From Candidatus Paceibacter sp. (GTDB lineage: Bacteria > Patescibacteriota > Minisyncoccia > UBA9983), in assembly GCA_013360865.1 (NCBI GenBank), contig JABWAS010000005.1, positions 507 to 64,506 of the forward strand: 64,000 bases of DNA, given 5' to 3'. The translations under genes were made by a program, and so were the position numbers. Shown here in pieces: positions 18,687 to 27,394 of this stretch. How positions within the stretch are numbered: the stretch's first letter is position 1; each line of letters opens with the position of its first letter. The notes under the pieces were generated by a model. It did no database searches and was not told the origin of the DNA. It saw only the letters and a program-made list of their open reading frames with translations.

Positions 18687-19979
18687 TCACTTCTTCGGTC
18701 GGCGTGATACATCCCGATGTTCCTCGATGAGTTTGAGAAACTCAGCCTTCGGAAAAGGGACGCCGTGACGAGCACAGAATTCCTCCAGAAGGTCTTCGGG
18801 AATGCCCATGCCGGTTTTCAAAGTGAATGCGTGTTGTGCATCCAACTCCTTGGCCGCGACGATCTTGTCGAGATACTTTCTGCTGCGATGCATCAGCTTT
18901 TCGAAGCCTTCACGCTCCTCGCTGAGCCAGTGTGCGATAACAGATTTCTGACGAAAGGTCATGTCCTTGTTATCGATCACTTCACTGAGAGAGTCTGCCC
19001 ATTCTTGAAGAATAGTCAGATTGATCCCTCGCAGGAAGATGCCGATCATCGCTCGCCGAAGCGCGCGACGGAGAAGGTATCCCTCCCGAGTATTGCTCGG
19101 AACAATACCCTCTCGAATCATCAGGATTGAGGTCTTGATGTGGTCGAGAATGACCCTTGTCCATGCTGTATCACCAATCCGCTGATTGATGAGTTGATAG
19201 GACGGGTCGTACTGATCGATCTCGTGGATTGAAGCGCGGTCTTGCAGGATCATGGCGAAGCGCTCAAGACCTGCGCCCGTATCCACACACTTCATCGGGA
19301 GAGGGGAAAAAAATCCCTGCTCGTCTTTGTAGTATTGCATGAACACTCCGGCATTCCAGATCTCGATATGCCGCCCAGGTACCAGCACGTCGTCCGTTTC
19401 TTTCTCGGCGAATTCCTCGCCTCGATCGAAGAAAACCTCCGTGCAGGGACCGCATGGGCCACTGGTTCCCGCCGGACCCCAGAAGTTGTCTACTGGCGGT
19501 CGGCCAATGATTCGATCTCGTGGCAGGAATTTCTCCCAGATGCGAGCCGATTCTTCGTCGCTTGGCACACCCGGCAGACTTTCGTCAGCCATGAATACCG
19601 TAGCAGAGAGGCGGTCGACTGGAATCCCGAAACCCTCGGTGATGAGTTCAAAGGCGAGTTCGATAGCTCGTTCCTTAAAATAATCTCCGAATGACCACGA
19701 CCCCATCATACGGAAGTTTGTTCCGTGATAGGAATCGCCGACGCTTTCGACGTCCACGAACCTGATACAGTCCTGCATGTTCGTCAGACGCGGGTATGGA
19801 GGCTTCGCCTGGCCCGTGAAGCAGGGCTTGAGCGGAGCCATGCCCGAGTTGATGAACATGAGGGTCGGATCATTCCTTGGAATAATCCCAGACGGCTGGA
19901 TGAATTGATGATCGTGGTTGAGGAAATGTTCCAGAAATGTCTGGCGTACCTCCTCGGTGGTTTTGTACGGTGGTGTCAC
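18687..19979 (-). CDS. Truncated alanyl-tRNA synthetase-like protein 2 (430 aa, no editing or C-Ala domain)
   Basis: DPTLMFINSGM, QDCIR, SFGDYFK, DNFW, GPCGPCTE, IEIWN, DTGAGLER, GYLLRR. Confidence 0.92.
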   Translation of the reverse strand: MTPPYKTTEEVRQTFLEHFLNHDHQFIQPSGIIPRNDPTLMFINSGMAPLKPCFTGQAKPPYPRLTNMQDCIRFVDVESVGDSYHGTNFRMMGSWSFGDYFKERAIELAFELITEGFGIPVDRLSATVFMADESLPGVPSDEESARIWEKFLPRDRIIGRPPVDNFWGPAGTSGPCGPCTEVFFDRGEEFAEKETDDVLVPGRHIEIWNAGVFMQYYKDEQGFFSPLPMKCVDTGAGLERFAMILQDRASIHEIDQYDPSYQLINQRIGDTAWTRVILDHIKTSILMIREGIVPSNTREGYLLRRALRRAMIGIFLRGINLTILQEWADSLSEVIDNKDMTFRQKSVIAHWLSEEREGFEKLMHRSRKYLDKIVAAKELDAQHAFTLKTGMGIPEDLLEEFCARHGVPFPKAEFLKLIEEHRDVSRRPKK

Positions 19980-19981
19980 TG

Positions 19982-20719
19982 TTAGCCTCCTTTTTTGAGA
20001 TAGTGAATGTTTTGTGTTATCTGATCTTCTGTTGTCATACCAATAACAACAGATGTGCCGAGAGTAAGTGCGTTTTGTGTAATCATCTCGGCCGAGTGCG
20101 GGCCAGTGAGCAACTTCCCCTGTTTAAACAAACTTCTCAAGAGAATCTCCTTTTTAAGATCGAGTAGATATGGGAGCTGTTGAAGCACCCAAGTTTGCTC
20201 AGTGTTGAAAGGAGCCGCAATCACGTCGATGTGCGACAAAACCGTTTCAGCGACGGAACATGAGAAATTGTCGGGCAGGGAAATTCCTACGCGCTTGACT
20301 ATGCCTTCATACTTAAGCCCGTTAAGGCATTCAAGGATTGCTATTGATTCTGACGACCACGTGGGTAGCCAGTTGTGCAGAAGTACCGCGTCGATAGAAG
20401 ATCGCCGTAGCCTTTCCAATGATTCGTACACGCTTTGATAGATACCATCTCGTGAGTAGAATCTTTGGATCAGTTCAGGTGCTTCCAGATTCGGTTTTGA
20501 TGCTGCCGGAATTTTGGTCACAATGACCGCATCTTCCGGTAGACATGTACCAAGCATCTCCTCGACTTTGCCTCCACCATAGACGGCCGCCGTATCGAAA
20601 CGACGAATACCGGAGCTGATGGCGAAAAGCAGAAGCGATTCAATGTAGGCGGGGGACAAGTTTTTGAACTGCCCTCCAAGTTGCCACGTACCGAAGTAGA
20701 GGCGATTAAACCATGCCAT
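19982..20719 (-). CDS. Aldo/keto reductase family protein
   Basis: FGTWQLGG, FDTAAVYG, IVTK, SLERL, LLHN, VGIS. Confidence 0.9.
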   Translation of the reverse strand: MAWFNRLYFGTWQLGGQFKNLSPAYIESLLLFAISSGIRRFDTAAVYGGGKVEEMLGTCLPEDAVIVTKIPAASKPNLEAPELIQRFYSRDGIYQSVYESLERLRRSSIDAVLLHNWLPTWSSESIAILECLNGLKYEGIVKRVGISLPDNFSCSVAETVLSHIDVIAAPFNTEQTWVLQQLPYLLDLKKEILLRSLFKQGKLLTGPHSAEMITQNALTLGTSVVIGMTTEDQITQNIHYLKKGG

Positions 20720-20821
20720 AATTCACCTCCTTTTGGGGTTGTAAATGTGCAATTTTCAGAAATCCACCAGGATTTCTTCTATTGTTCTTTTAACACAAAT
20801 TTGTACTTTATGCAAGATTGC
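20716..20821 (-). promoter_or_regulatory. Shared island leader, copy R
   Basis: Inverted near-copy of 14773-14876, ending at the AKR start codon. Confidence 0.88.
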
Positions 20822-20837
20822 ACACTTGGGCCGACAG

Positions 20838-21296
20838 ATGGAGTCTGTCCTAACTAAGCAAGTAGGTGATGCCTTCAGAGAGTTTATTTCTAAAGAAGGT
20901 ATCTCATATGAAACCACTGGAGATGCCACGCTGGGTGACGAGAACATAATTCATGCGCACTGGTCGTGTGTTATTGGCGGAAAATTCGGTCCATCCGTCA
21001 CGCTTTATAGCTTGGTCATGTGGGGAAAATCACTTTCGGAATATCTTGACGATCGAAAGAACGACCCCGAGTTGCCAAATGCAAAAGTCACGGATTTGAA
21101 GTTTTCTATGCACAATACCAGTGGGGGTATAAAAATTGTATTGAATCAGGGGCAGTCCGAAAAACTTTTATCAAGGATTGAGGAGGAGATAAAGAAAAAT
21201 AAGGAGCTTGAGGAATATAGGAAGAAATGGCAAGAACTCTACCACAACGGCTCACTCCTTATTGGGAAGATAGATTCTTGGCTTTCTTCAGAATAA
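20838..21296 (+). CDS. Hypothetical protein
   Basis: 152-aa ORF from the ATG just outside the leader repeat; C-terminal coiled coil. Confidence 0.6.
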   Translation: MESVLTKQVGDAFREFISKEGISYETTGDATLGDENIIHAHWSCVIGGKFGPSVTLYSLVMWGKSLSEYLDDRKNDPELPNAKVTDLKFSMHNTSGGIKIVLNQGQSEKLLSRIEEEIKKNKELEEYRKKWQELYHNGSLLIGKIDSWLSSE

Positions 21297-21298
21297 AT

Positions 21299-21745
21299 AT
21301 GGAAGAAAATATCATTATTGAAAAAATAGAATGCGTGGTGCGCGATTCCGCAACCGAACAAATCGACCACCTAAGAAGGGGTCGGGTTGAACGTAATTTT
21401 ACGACATACTTGGCAAATAAACTTAAACCAATTTTTGAGGATGGAACTATTACTGTTGACCCCTTTTATAACAGGCATGGGGATGCGGCGAAAAGATTGA
21501 ACGGCAGTTTGATTGAACTTGATATCGCGATTCATGAACAAGGGGTTGATCACAATAATCTAGTCGCCATTGAACTCGAAACTAACAATAAGCCGACACG
21601 TGATGATCTGTGGAAAATAGAAAGACTGACCAAAGAACTTGATGGCTATGGTTACAAGCTCGGGTTATTTGTGGTCTCTGGAATAAATGATAAGGCTGGA
21701 GAAGTTATCGCGATGGAGTGGTATAAAAATGGTAAACCTTTGTAA
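21299..21745 (+). CDS. Hypothetical protein, possible PD-(D/E)xK nuclease fold
   Basis: E...ELDIAIH...LVAIELE...DLWKI pattern. Confidence 0.5.
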   Translation: MEENIIIEKIECVVRDSATEQIDHLRRGRVERNFTTYLANKLKPIFEDGTITVDPFYNRHGDAAKRLNGSLIELDIAIHEQGVDHNNLVAIELETNNKPTRDDLWKIERLTKELDGYGYKLGLFVVSGINDKAGEVIAMEWYKNGKPL

Positions 21746-21911
21746 GTGAGACAGTCCCGAGATGCCGTTTTGGTGTCTCATTTGTCTCATTCTCAAAAAC
21801 AATGCCTCTACCGAGAGGCCTAAATCTGGTATACTTGAAAGTACCAAAGAACCCTTACACGGCCTCACCCCAAAAGTTCCGAGACCGTGAGGGGGCATTT
21901 TAAAAATTTTA

Positions 21912-21985
21912 GGGCGCTTAGCTCAGTTGGTTAGAGCGTCTCGTTTACACCGAGAAGGCCGGGGGTTCGAATCCCTCAGCGCCCA
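21912..21985 (+). tRNA. tRNA-Val(TAC)
   Basis: GGGCGCT/AGCGCCC acceptor, TCTCG-TTTACAC-CGAGA anticodon arm. Confidence 0.96.
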
Positions 21986-22067
21986 CAGAATTTAAGTTTG
22001 GGGGTACCCTTGTGGCACTTTTGCCGTTTCTATATCATCACTTTTGCGGGCTATAACCAAGAAATAT

Positions 22068-22883
22068 TTATAAATTGTCTTTTGTTTCGTTTTCCGCAGT
22101 TTCTTGAATGTGGCGCAATAATGTTTTTACTGATTCCGAACACCCCGCAAAGCCATTTTCCGGTTCATAAGGAAGTTTGAATGAAACATTGTCTTGCAGT
22201 TTGTCGTCCCACCACCATATCGTTACGATCTTTTCAAATTGATTCAGTGATGTATCATCAATATTTTCGCGCGGAATATCTTTTGCACAATTTTCAAAAA
22301 GTGCTTCTCGATTTATTCCTTTATTGGGATATATTACTTCGCACTTATTATTTACGCAGTCATATCCGGCAAGCTCAACGCAACTATATATGCATGTACT
22401 CTCATACGAATCTATAAATGCCTGTATTCTGTCCGCATCTTTTTTATTTACAAACGTATAACATCCAAAAGGACATTTAGATTGAACTTGCGCGCAATCG
22501 CTTTTAACTTCGCAATATTGTGTTTCTTTTATCGCTCGCTTTATGCCTTCTTGTGTTTGCGGAATTTTATATGAAGGACCGCTATCACAATATACAACTG
22601 ATTCGCCAATAGGAATACGAAAGAGAGTATACGCTTTTATGCGCAGTGCGCTGCTTACTTTTTCCTCAACAATAGTACTGCCAAAAACCCGAATACCGAG
22701 TTGCTCAATGGGATTGTCATATAGAATTGACCAACCCGCATGCTTGCATTCAATTTCCGCTTCGCTTAAATCCACCTGATTGCGGACGGTCAGCTTCGTT
22801 GTTGCGACACCGCTAATAAGAAAAAGAATGATCCCCAGAAAAACATATTTTCCAAGATTAAACATTTTTTTATTGTAGCTCAA
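22068..22883 (-). CDS. Hypothetical Cys-rich membrane-anchored or secreted protein
   Basis: N-terminal hydrophobic segment; CEVKSDC...CPFGC...C.YSC...CVNNKC module. Confidence 0.7.
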   Translation of the reverse strand: MSYNKKMFNLGKYVFLGIILFLISGVATTKLTVRNQVDLSEAEIECKHAGWSILYDNPIEQLGIRVFGSTIVEEKVSSALRIKAYTLFRIPIGESVVYCDSGPSYKIPQTQEGIKRAIKETQYCEVKSDCAQVQSKCPFGCYTFVNKKDADRIQAFIDSYESTCIYSCVELAGYDCVNNKCEVIYPNKGINREALFENCAKDIPRENIDDTSLNQFEKIVTIWWWDDKLQDNVSFKLPYEPENGFAGCSESVKTLLRHIQETAENETKDNL

Positions 22884-23007
22884 ACTTTATAATTTTATAA
22901 GATCGAACATATACTACGTATGTTATGCACGTTGTGTATGTCCTCAGTGGTGCCTGCCGAAACTCATCATTTGAGCGAGGCTCTAACACTGGATGGGATT
23001 TTACCCC

Positions 23008-23036
23008 CCCCCACACCAAAAACTTTGGTGTGGGGG
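23008..23036. repeat. Palindromic element
   Basis: CCCCCACACCAAA-AAC-TTTGGTGTGGGGG. Confidence 0.75.
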
Positions 23037-23228
23037 TTTGCCGAAGTTTTGAAAAAAGTGCTCCGAAGCAGCGTCTTGGAGTTACCTACACGGGTAAAAT
23101 AAGGCAAAAGATGCTACAACATTAATCATAAACGGCTCTTTTAGAGCCTGGAGAGAGGTTCTAACCTGTTGTTCTTCTAAAGTGCACAACTTAAAACCAT
23201 CGGTAAAAAATCAGCTATAATATTGAGC

Positions 23229-25925
23229 ATGGATTTGACCGCTAAAAACAACTGGCATAAACGAGATGTTTTTGAAGTCCTTAGTGCGCTGGGTTCCGGC
23301 CAAAACGGTTTAAGCGAACAAGAGGCTAGGGAAAGGCTTTTAAAACAAGGGCGCAACGTTATTCCGGAGATTAAACCGCCGGGTATTTTTCTTATTTTCC
23401 TAAGGCAGTTTCAAAGTCCTCTGATTTACATATTGCTTGCCGCCAGTCTGGTTGTTTTTTTAATGGGGGAAGCGGTTGACAGCCTCATCATAGCTTTCGT
23501 CCTTTTGTTTAACGCGGGCATGGGAACGGTTCAGGAGGGCAAGTCGCAAAACACCCTGGCGGCTTTGAAAAAGTTTACAGAAACGGGAGCTGTTGTCGTC
23601 CGCGGCGGGGAGGAAATGATTGTTCCGGACAGCGAAGTGGTCGACGGGGACGTTTTGATTTTGCGCGAAGGAGACAAGATTCCCGCCGATGCCAGAATAA
23701 TTTTTTCCAGCTCCTTAAAAGTTGACGAAGCCAGCATAACCGGAGAATCGGAACCTGTTTATAAAACGGCGGATATTATGGCCGGGAATTCCGGACACGT
23801 TGTCGTCGCCGACAGAATGAACATGGTTTTTAAAGGAAGTCATGTCGTGTCCGGCGGCGGGAAAGCCGTGGTTACCGCGACAGGCTTGAAAACCGTAATA
23901 GGCGGCATCTCCAAAAAAATAATCGGGATTGATTCGGAAATGCCGCTCAAGAAAAATATCAGGTATTTGTCCCGAGCTATCATAATTGCCGTTGCCTTAA
24001 TCAGCGGTTTGATTTTTTGGGGCGGGGTGAGTATGGGAAAGGCGGCGGGAGAGATGTTCGCGGTCGTTGTTTCTCTTTCCGTTTCCATCATTCCCGAAGG
24101 GTTGCCGGTGGTTATTACTCTTGTTTTGGCCACCGGAGTCTGGAGAATGGCGAAAAGCAACGCTTTGGTCAAGAGGCTCCAGGCCGTTGAGGCTCTTGGC
24201 CAGGCGAAAGTGATAGCCGTGGACAAGACCGGCACCATAACCAAAAACGAAATGGCCGTTCAGAAGTTTTTCATTGCTGGGAAATTTTTTGAAGTCGGGG
24301 GTTCCGGCTATGTTCCGAAAGGGGAGATAAAGGAAAACGGCGCCGCTATTGAACCACTGAATCACAAGGAGATTATTCTCGCTGGAAAAATCGCCGCTTT
24401 TTGCGCAAACGCCAGGATAAAATATTCAAAAGAAAAAAAAGAATGGTCCGCCATCGGCGACCCGACGGAGGCCGCTTTGTTTGTTTTTTCGGAAAAAGTC
24501 GGATTCAGCAAGGAAAAAATTGAAAAAGAATCGCCATTGGTTTCAGAAATACCTTTTAATTTTGAAAACAAATACCACGCGACTCTGCACGGCAACGTGG
24601 AGGGAAGCGGATTTTTAACCGTAGTCGGAGCTCCGGAAACCGTAGTTTCTTTGTCCGGCGAAATATTTGACGGGCAGAATTTCACGCGTCTAAACGCGGA
24701 GGAAAAAGAAAAAATGGAGAATGTGGTTGCCGAAATGTCCCGCGAGGGGTTGAGAGTCCTCGCTTTTGCCGTCAAAAAAATTCCGGAGAAAAAACTGGAA
24801 CAAGAAGACATCGCCGATGTTTGCCTTGTCGGATTTTTCGGAATAAAAGACACGCTTCGTCTGGAGGCGGTGGAGTCCATAAAAAAGGCCAAAGACGCGG
24901 GCATAAAAGTCATAATGATTACGGGCGACCACAAAATCACGGCAGCGGCCATCGCCAGAGAGGCCGGTATTTATAAAGAGGGGGATGCCGTGATGACGGG
25001 CCGCCAGATTGACGAAATTGATGAAAAAGAATTTTTAGGCCAACTGAACTCCGTTTCCGTTTTCGCCAGGGTTACGCCCGACCATAAACTGAAGATAATA
25101 AACGCTTATAAAAAGCAGGGCGACATTATAGCGATGACAGGGGACGGCGTAAATGACGCGCCGTCGCTTGTGGCCGCTGATCTCGGGGTGGCTATGGGAA
25201 AGATAGGCACGGAGGTGGCAAAGGAAGCCTCGGATATCGTTCTGCTGGACGATAATTTATCCAGCGTCGTCGCGGCCATTGAGGAAGGAAGAAGCATTTA
25301 TAAAACCATCAAGAAAGTAACTCTTTACCTTTTCTCAACCAGTCTGGGTGAGGTTTTGACGGTGGCGGGTGCGCTGTTCTTCGGTTTGCCGCTGCCGATT
25401 CTGGCCTCGCAGATAATATGGCTGAACTTTGTCACGGACGGTTTCTTGGTTGTCGCATTGGCGATGGAACCGAAGGAAAGCAAATTGCTCAATGGCGGTT
25501 TCAAAAAGCCGGGCAAACTGATAGTTGATTTTTTGATGTTGCAAAGAATGGCGGTGATGGCTTTGCCGATGGCACTGGGCGCTCTGGTTTTGTTTTTGAT
25601 GCATCTGGGCGACGGGATGGATAAGGCGAGAACGGCGGCTCTTACCGCCTTGGCGGTGTTCCAGTGGTTTAACGCCTGGAACTGCCGGAGCGAAAAAGAG
25701 TCCGTTTTCGGCAAAGGAATTTTGGGTAACAAGATTTTAATCGCCTTGACTTTTGTGGTGATTTTCTTGCAGGGGTTGGCCGTTTATAATCCGTTTATGC
25801 GGAAAATATTGCATACTGTTCCTCTTGATTTGGGCGACTGGATGTTGATAGCCGCGACGGCTTTTGCCATTATTATCGTGGAAGAGGTTCGCAAACTGAT
25901 TCACCGGAAAATAAGCGCGATATGA
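23229..25925 (+). CDS. P-type cation-transporting ATPase (type IIA-like)
   Basis: TGES, IPEGLP, DKTGT, GDPTE, TGDGVNDAP. Confidence 0.96.
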   Translation: MDLTAKNNWHKRDVFEVLSALGSGQNGLSEQEARERLLKQGRNVIPEIKPPGIFLIFLRQFQSPLIYILLAASLVVFLMGEAVDSLIIAFVLLFNAGMGTVQEGKSQNTLAALKKFTETGAVVVRGGEEMIVPDSEVVDGDVLILREGDKIPADARIIFSSSLKVDEASITGESEPVYKTADIMAGNSGHVVVADRMNMVFKGSHVVSGGGKAVVTATGLKTVIGGISKKIIGIDSEMPLKKNIRYLSRAIIIAVALISGLIFWGGVSMGKAAGEMFAVVVSLSVSIIPEGLPVVITLVLATGVWRMAKSNALVKRLQAVEALGQAKVIAVDKTGTITKNEMAVQKFFIAGKFFEVGGSGYVPKGEIKENGAAIEPLNHKEIILAGKIAAFCANARIKYSKEKKEWSAIGDPTEAALFVFSEKVGFSKEKIEKESPLVSEIPFNFENKYHATLHGNVEGSGFLTVVGAPETVVSLSGEIFDGQNFTRLNAEEKEKMENVVAEMSREGLRVLAFAVKKIPEKKLEQEDIADVCLVGFFGIKDTLRLEAVESIKKAKDAGIKVIMITGDHKITAAAIAREAGIYKEGDAVMTGRQIDEIDEKEFLGQLNSVSVFARVTPDHKLKIINAYKKQGDIIAMTGDGVNDAPSLVAADLGVAMGKIGTEVAKEASDIVLLDDNLSSVVAAIEEGRSIYKTIKKVTLYLFSTSLGEVLTVAGALFFGLPLPILASQIIWLNFVTDGFLVVALAMEPKESKLLNGGFKKPGKLIVDFLMLQRMAVMALPMALGALVLFLMHLGDGMDKARTAALTALAVFQWFNAWNCRSEKESVFGKGILGNKILIALTFVVIFLQGLAVYNPFMRKILHTVPLDLGDWMLIAATAFAIIIVEEVRKLIHRKISAI

Positions 25926-25932
25926 AGTTTTT

Positions 25933-26679
25933 ATGTTTTCAAAATCGGATATAAAAATCATTTATCAAGATAACGACGTAATCGCCGTCAATAAGCCGGC
26001 GGGAATCGTGGCGCATCGCGCCAATCTTAAATCTAAAATCTTAAACCTAAAAAACGAAAAGGAAGATGTTTTTTTAACCGACTGGCTGGTGGAAAAATTT
26101 CCGGAAATAAAAAGAGTGGGCGATAAGCCGGAGTTGCGTCCGGGAATAGTACATCGCTTGGACAAAGACACTTCCGGAGTTTTAGTCGTGGCCAAAAATC
26201 AAAAAGCGTTTGAGTATTTGAAATCTTTGTTTCAAAAAAAAGAAATTGTCAAAAAATACGTTGCCTTAGTGGAAGGAAATTTAAAAAAAGACAAAGGAAT
26301 TATTGATTTGCCCATCGGCAGAAGCAAGAGCGATTTCAGAAAGAAACTGGCGTCGGAAGAGGCGAGGGGAGAATTGCGGGAGGCCATTACGGAATATAAA
26401 GTTTTGGAAAAATTTCCCGATTACACCCTGGTTGAGGCTTATCCAAAAACCGGCCGCACCCACCAGATAAGGGTTCATTTTAAAGCTATCGGCCATCCGG
26501 TGGCCTGCGATTCGCTGTATGGTGGTAGAAAATCAAAATGTCCCGAAGGTTTGAACCGGCATTTTTTGCACGCCAATTTTTTGGAGTTGAACCTGCCGTC
26601 TGGCGCCAGGATAAAACTGGAAGCCGATTTGCCGCCGGATCTGGAAAACGCGCTGGCGATATTGCGTCAAAACAAATAA
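25933..26679 (+). CDS. RluA/RluD family pseudouridine synthase
   Basis: VNKPAG, HRLDKDTSG, TGRTHQIRVH, FLHA. Confidence 0.95.
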   Translation: MFSKSDIKIIYQDNDVIAVNKPAGIVAHRANLKSKILNLKNEKEDVFLTDWLVEKFPEIKRVGDKPELRPGIVHRLDKDTSGVLVVAKNQKAFEYLKSLFQKKEIVKKYVALVEGNLKKDKGIIDLPIGRSKSDFRKKLASEEARGELREAITEYKVLEKFPDYTLVEAYPKTGRTHQIRVHFKAIGHPVACDSLYGGRKSKCPEGLNRHFLHANFLELNLPSGARIKLEADLPPDLENALAILRQNK

Positions 26680-26697
26680 TGTGCTAAATTGCCATTT

Positions 26698-27096
26698 ATG
26701 AGCGTAAACGTTGAACAGAGGAAAAATTGGAATTTAAAGCCCGGCAACACGGTAAAAGTTTGGCAGAAAATCAAGGAAGGAGAGAAATTCAGGCTCCAGG
26801 CTTTTGAGGGTATGATTATCGCCCACAAACACGGCGCTGAATCAGGGGCGACTTTCACGGTGCGCAAAATTTCCGACGGCGTGGGCGTGGAAAGAATATT
26901 CCCCCTATTTTCCCCGAACATAGAAAAAGTTGACCTGGTGCGGGAATCCAAAGCCAGAAGGGCGAAACTTTATTACGTCCGGACCAAGGCCGCCAAAGAC
27001 ATCCGCAAGAAAATGAAGCATCTGAAAGCGGAAGGGAAGAAAAAAACGGAAGCGGAGCCACTCAAGGCGACGCAAGAACCGGCCGCGAAAGAATAA
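26698..27096 (+). CDS. rplS: 50S ribosomal protein L19
   Basis: [28 protein letters not shown]. Confidence 0.98.
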   Translation: MSVNVEQRKNWNLKPGNTVKVWQKIKEGEKFRLQAFEGMIIAHKHGAESGATFTVRKISDGVGVERIFPLFSPNIEKVDLVRESKARRAKLYYVRTKAAKDIRKKMKHLKAEGKKKTEAEPLKATQEPAAKE

Positions 27097-27109
27097 TTTA
27101 TCAAGAGCT

Positions 27110-27140
27110 AAAAGCCGTCCCGTCAATGGGCGGTTTTTGT
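27110..27140 (+). terminator. Terminator after rplS
   Basis: AAAAGCCGTCC...GGGCGGTTTTT. Confidence 0.7.
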
Positions 27141-27189
27141 TTGACGATTGAAAAAAAGACGGTTATTGGGCATAATGGGCGAGTAGAAA

Positions 27190-27271
27190 GGGCGTGTGGT
27201 GGAATTGGTATACACGTACGCTTGAGGTGCGTATGCCTTACGGCTTGGAGGTTCGAGTCCTCTCACGCCCA
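27190..27271 (+). tRNA. tRNA-Leu(GAG)
   Basis: GGGCGTG/CACGCCC acceptor, TACGC-TTGAGGT-GCGTA anticodon arm, variable arm. Confidence 0.95.
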
Positions 27272-27303
27272 CAGCTGGTTCGCCGTTGGCGGATAAGCAA
27301 AAT

Positions 27304-27340
27304 GGTGGCTATAGCTTAGTGGTAAAGCTCCGCTCTGTGG
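27304..27340 (+). pseudogene. tRNA-His(GTG) 5' half, broken one base after the anticodon
   Basis: GGTGGCTATAGCTTAGTGGTAAAGCTCCGCTCTGTGG is a typical bacterial tRNA-His 5' end; no matching 3' half nearby. Confidence 0.85.
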
Positions 27341-27394
27341 GTTTTTCCACAGTCTTACCCTTTACCTTTATGATATTTGCCCTATTATAAAAAC

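Noticed and set aside
18687-19979. Annotating the 430-aa protein as housekeeping alaS
   Set aside because: It lacks the editing domain, has altered motifs and lies in a foreign-looking operon. This cannot be fully excluded without the rest of the genome, so no gene symbol was given.
14475-21911. Prophage or integrative element with its own integrase
   Set aside because: No integrase, transposase or phage structural gene was seen; it is called an island only from tRNA flanks, composition and cargo.
22900-22935. dif site or integron attC at GTGCATAACATACG (reverse strand)
   Set aside because: The resemblance is partial; neither the XerC/XerD spacing nor the attC R/L box pairing could be established by eye.
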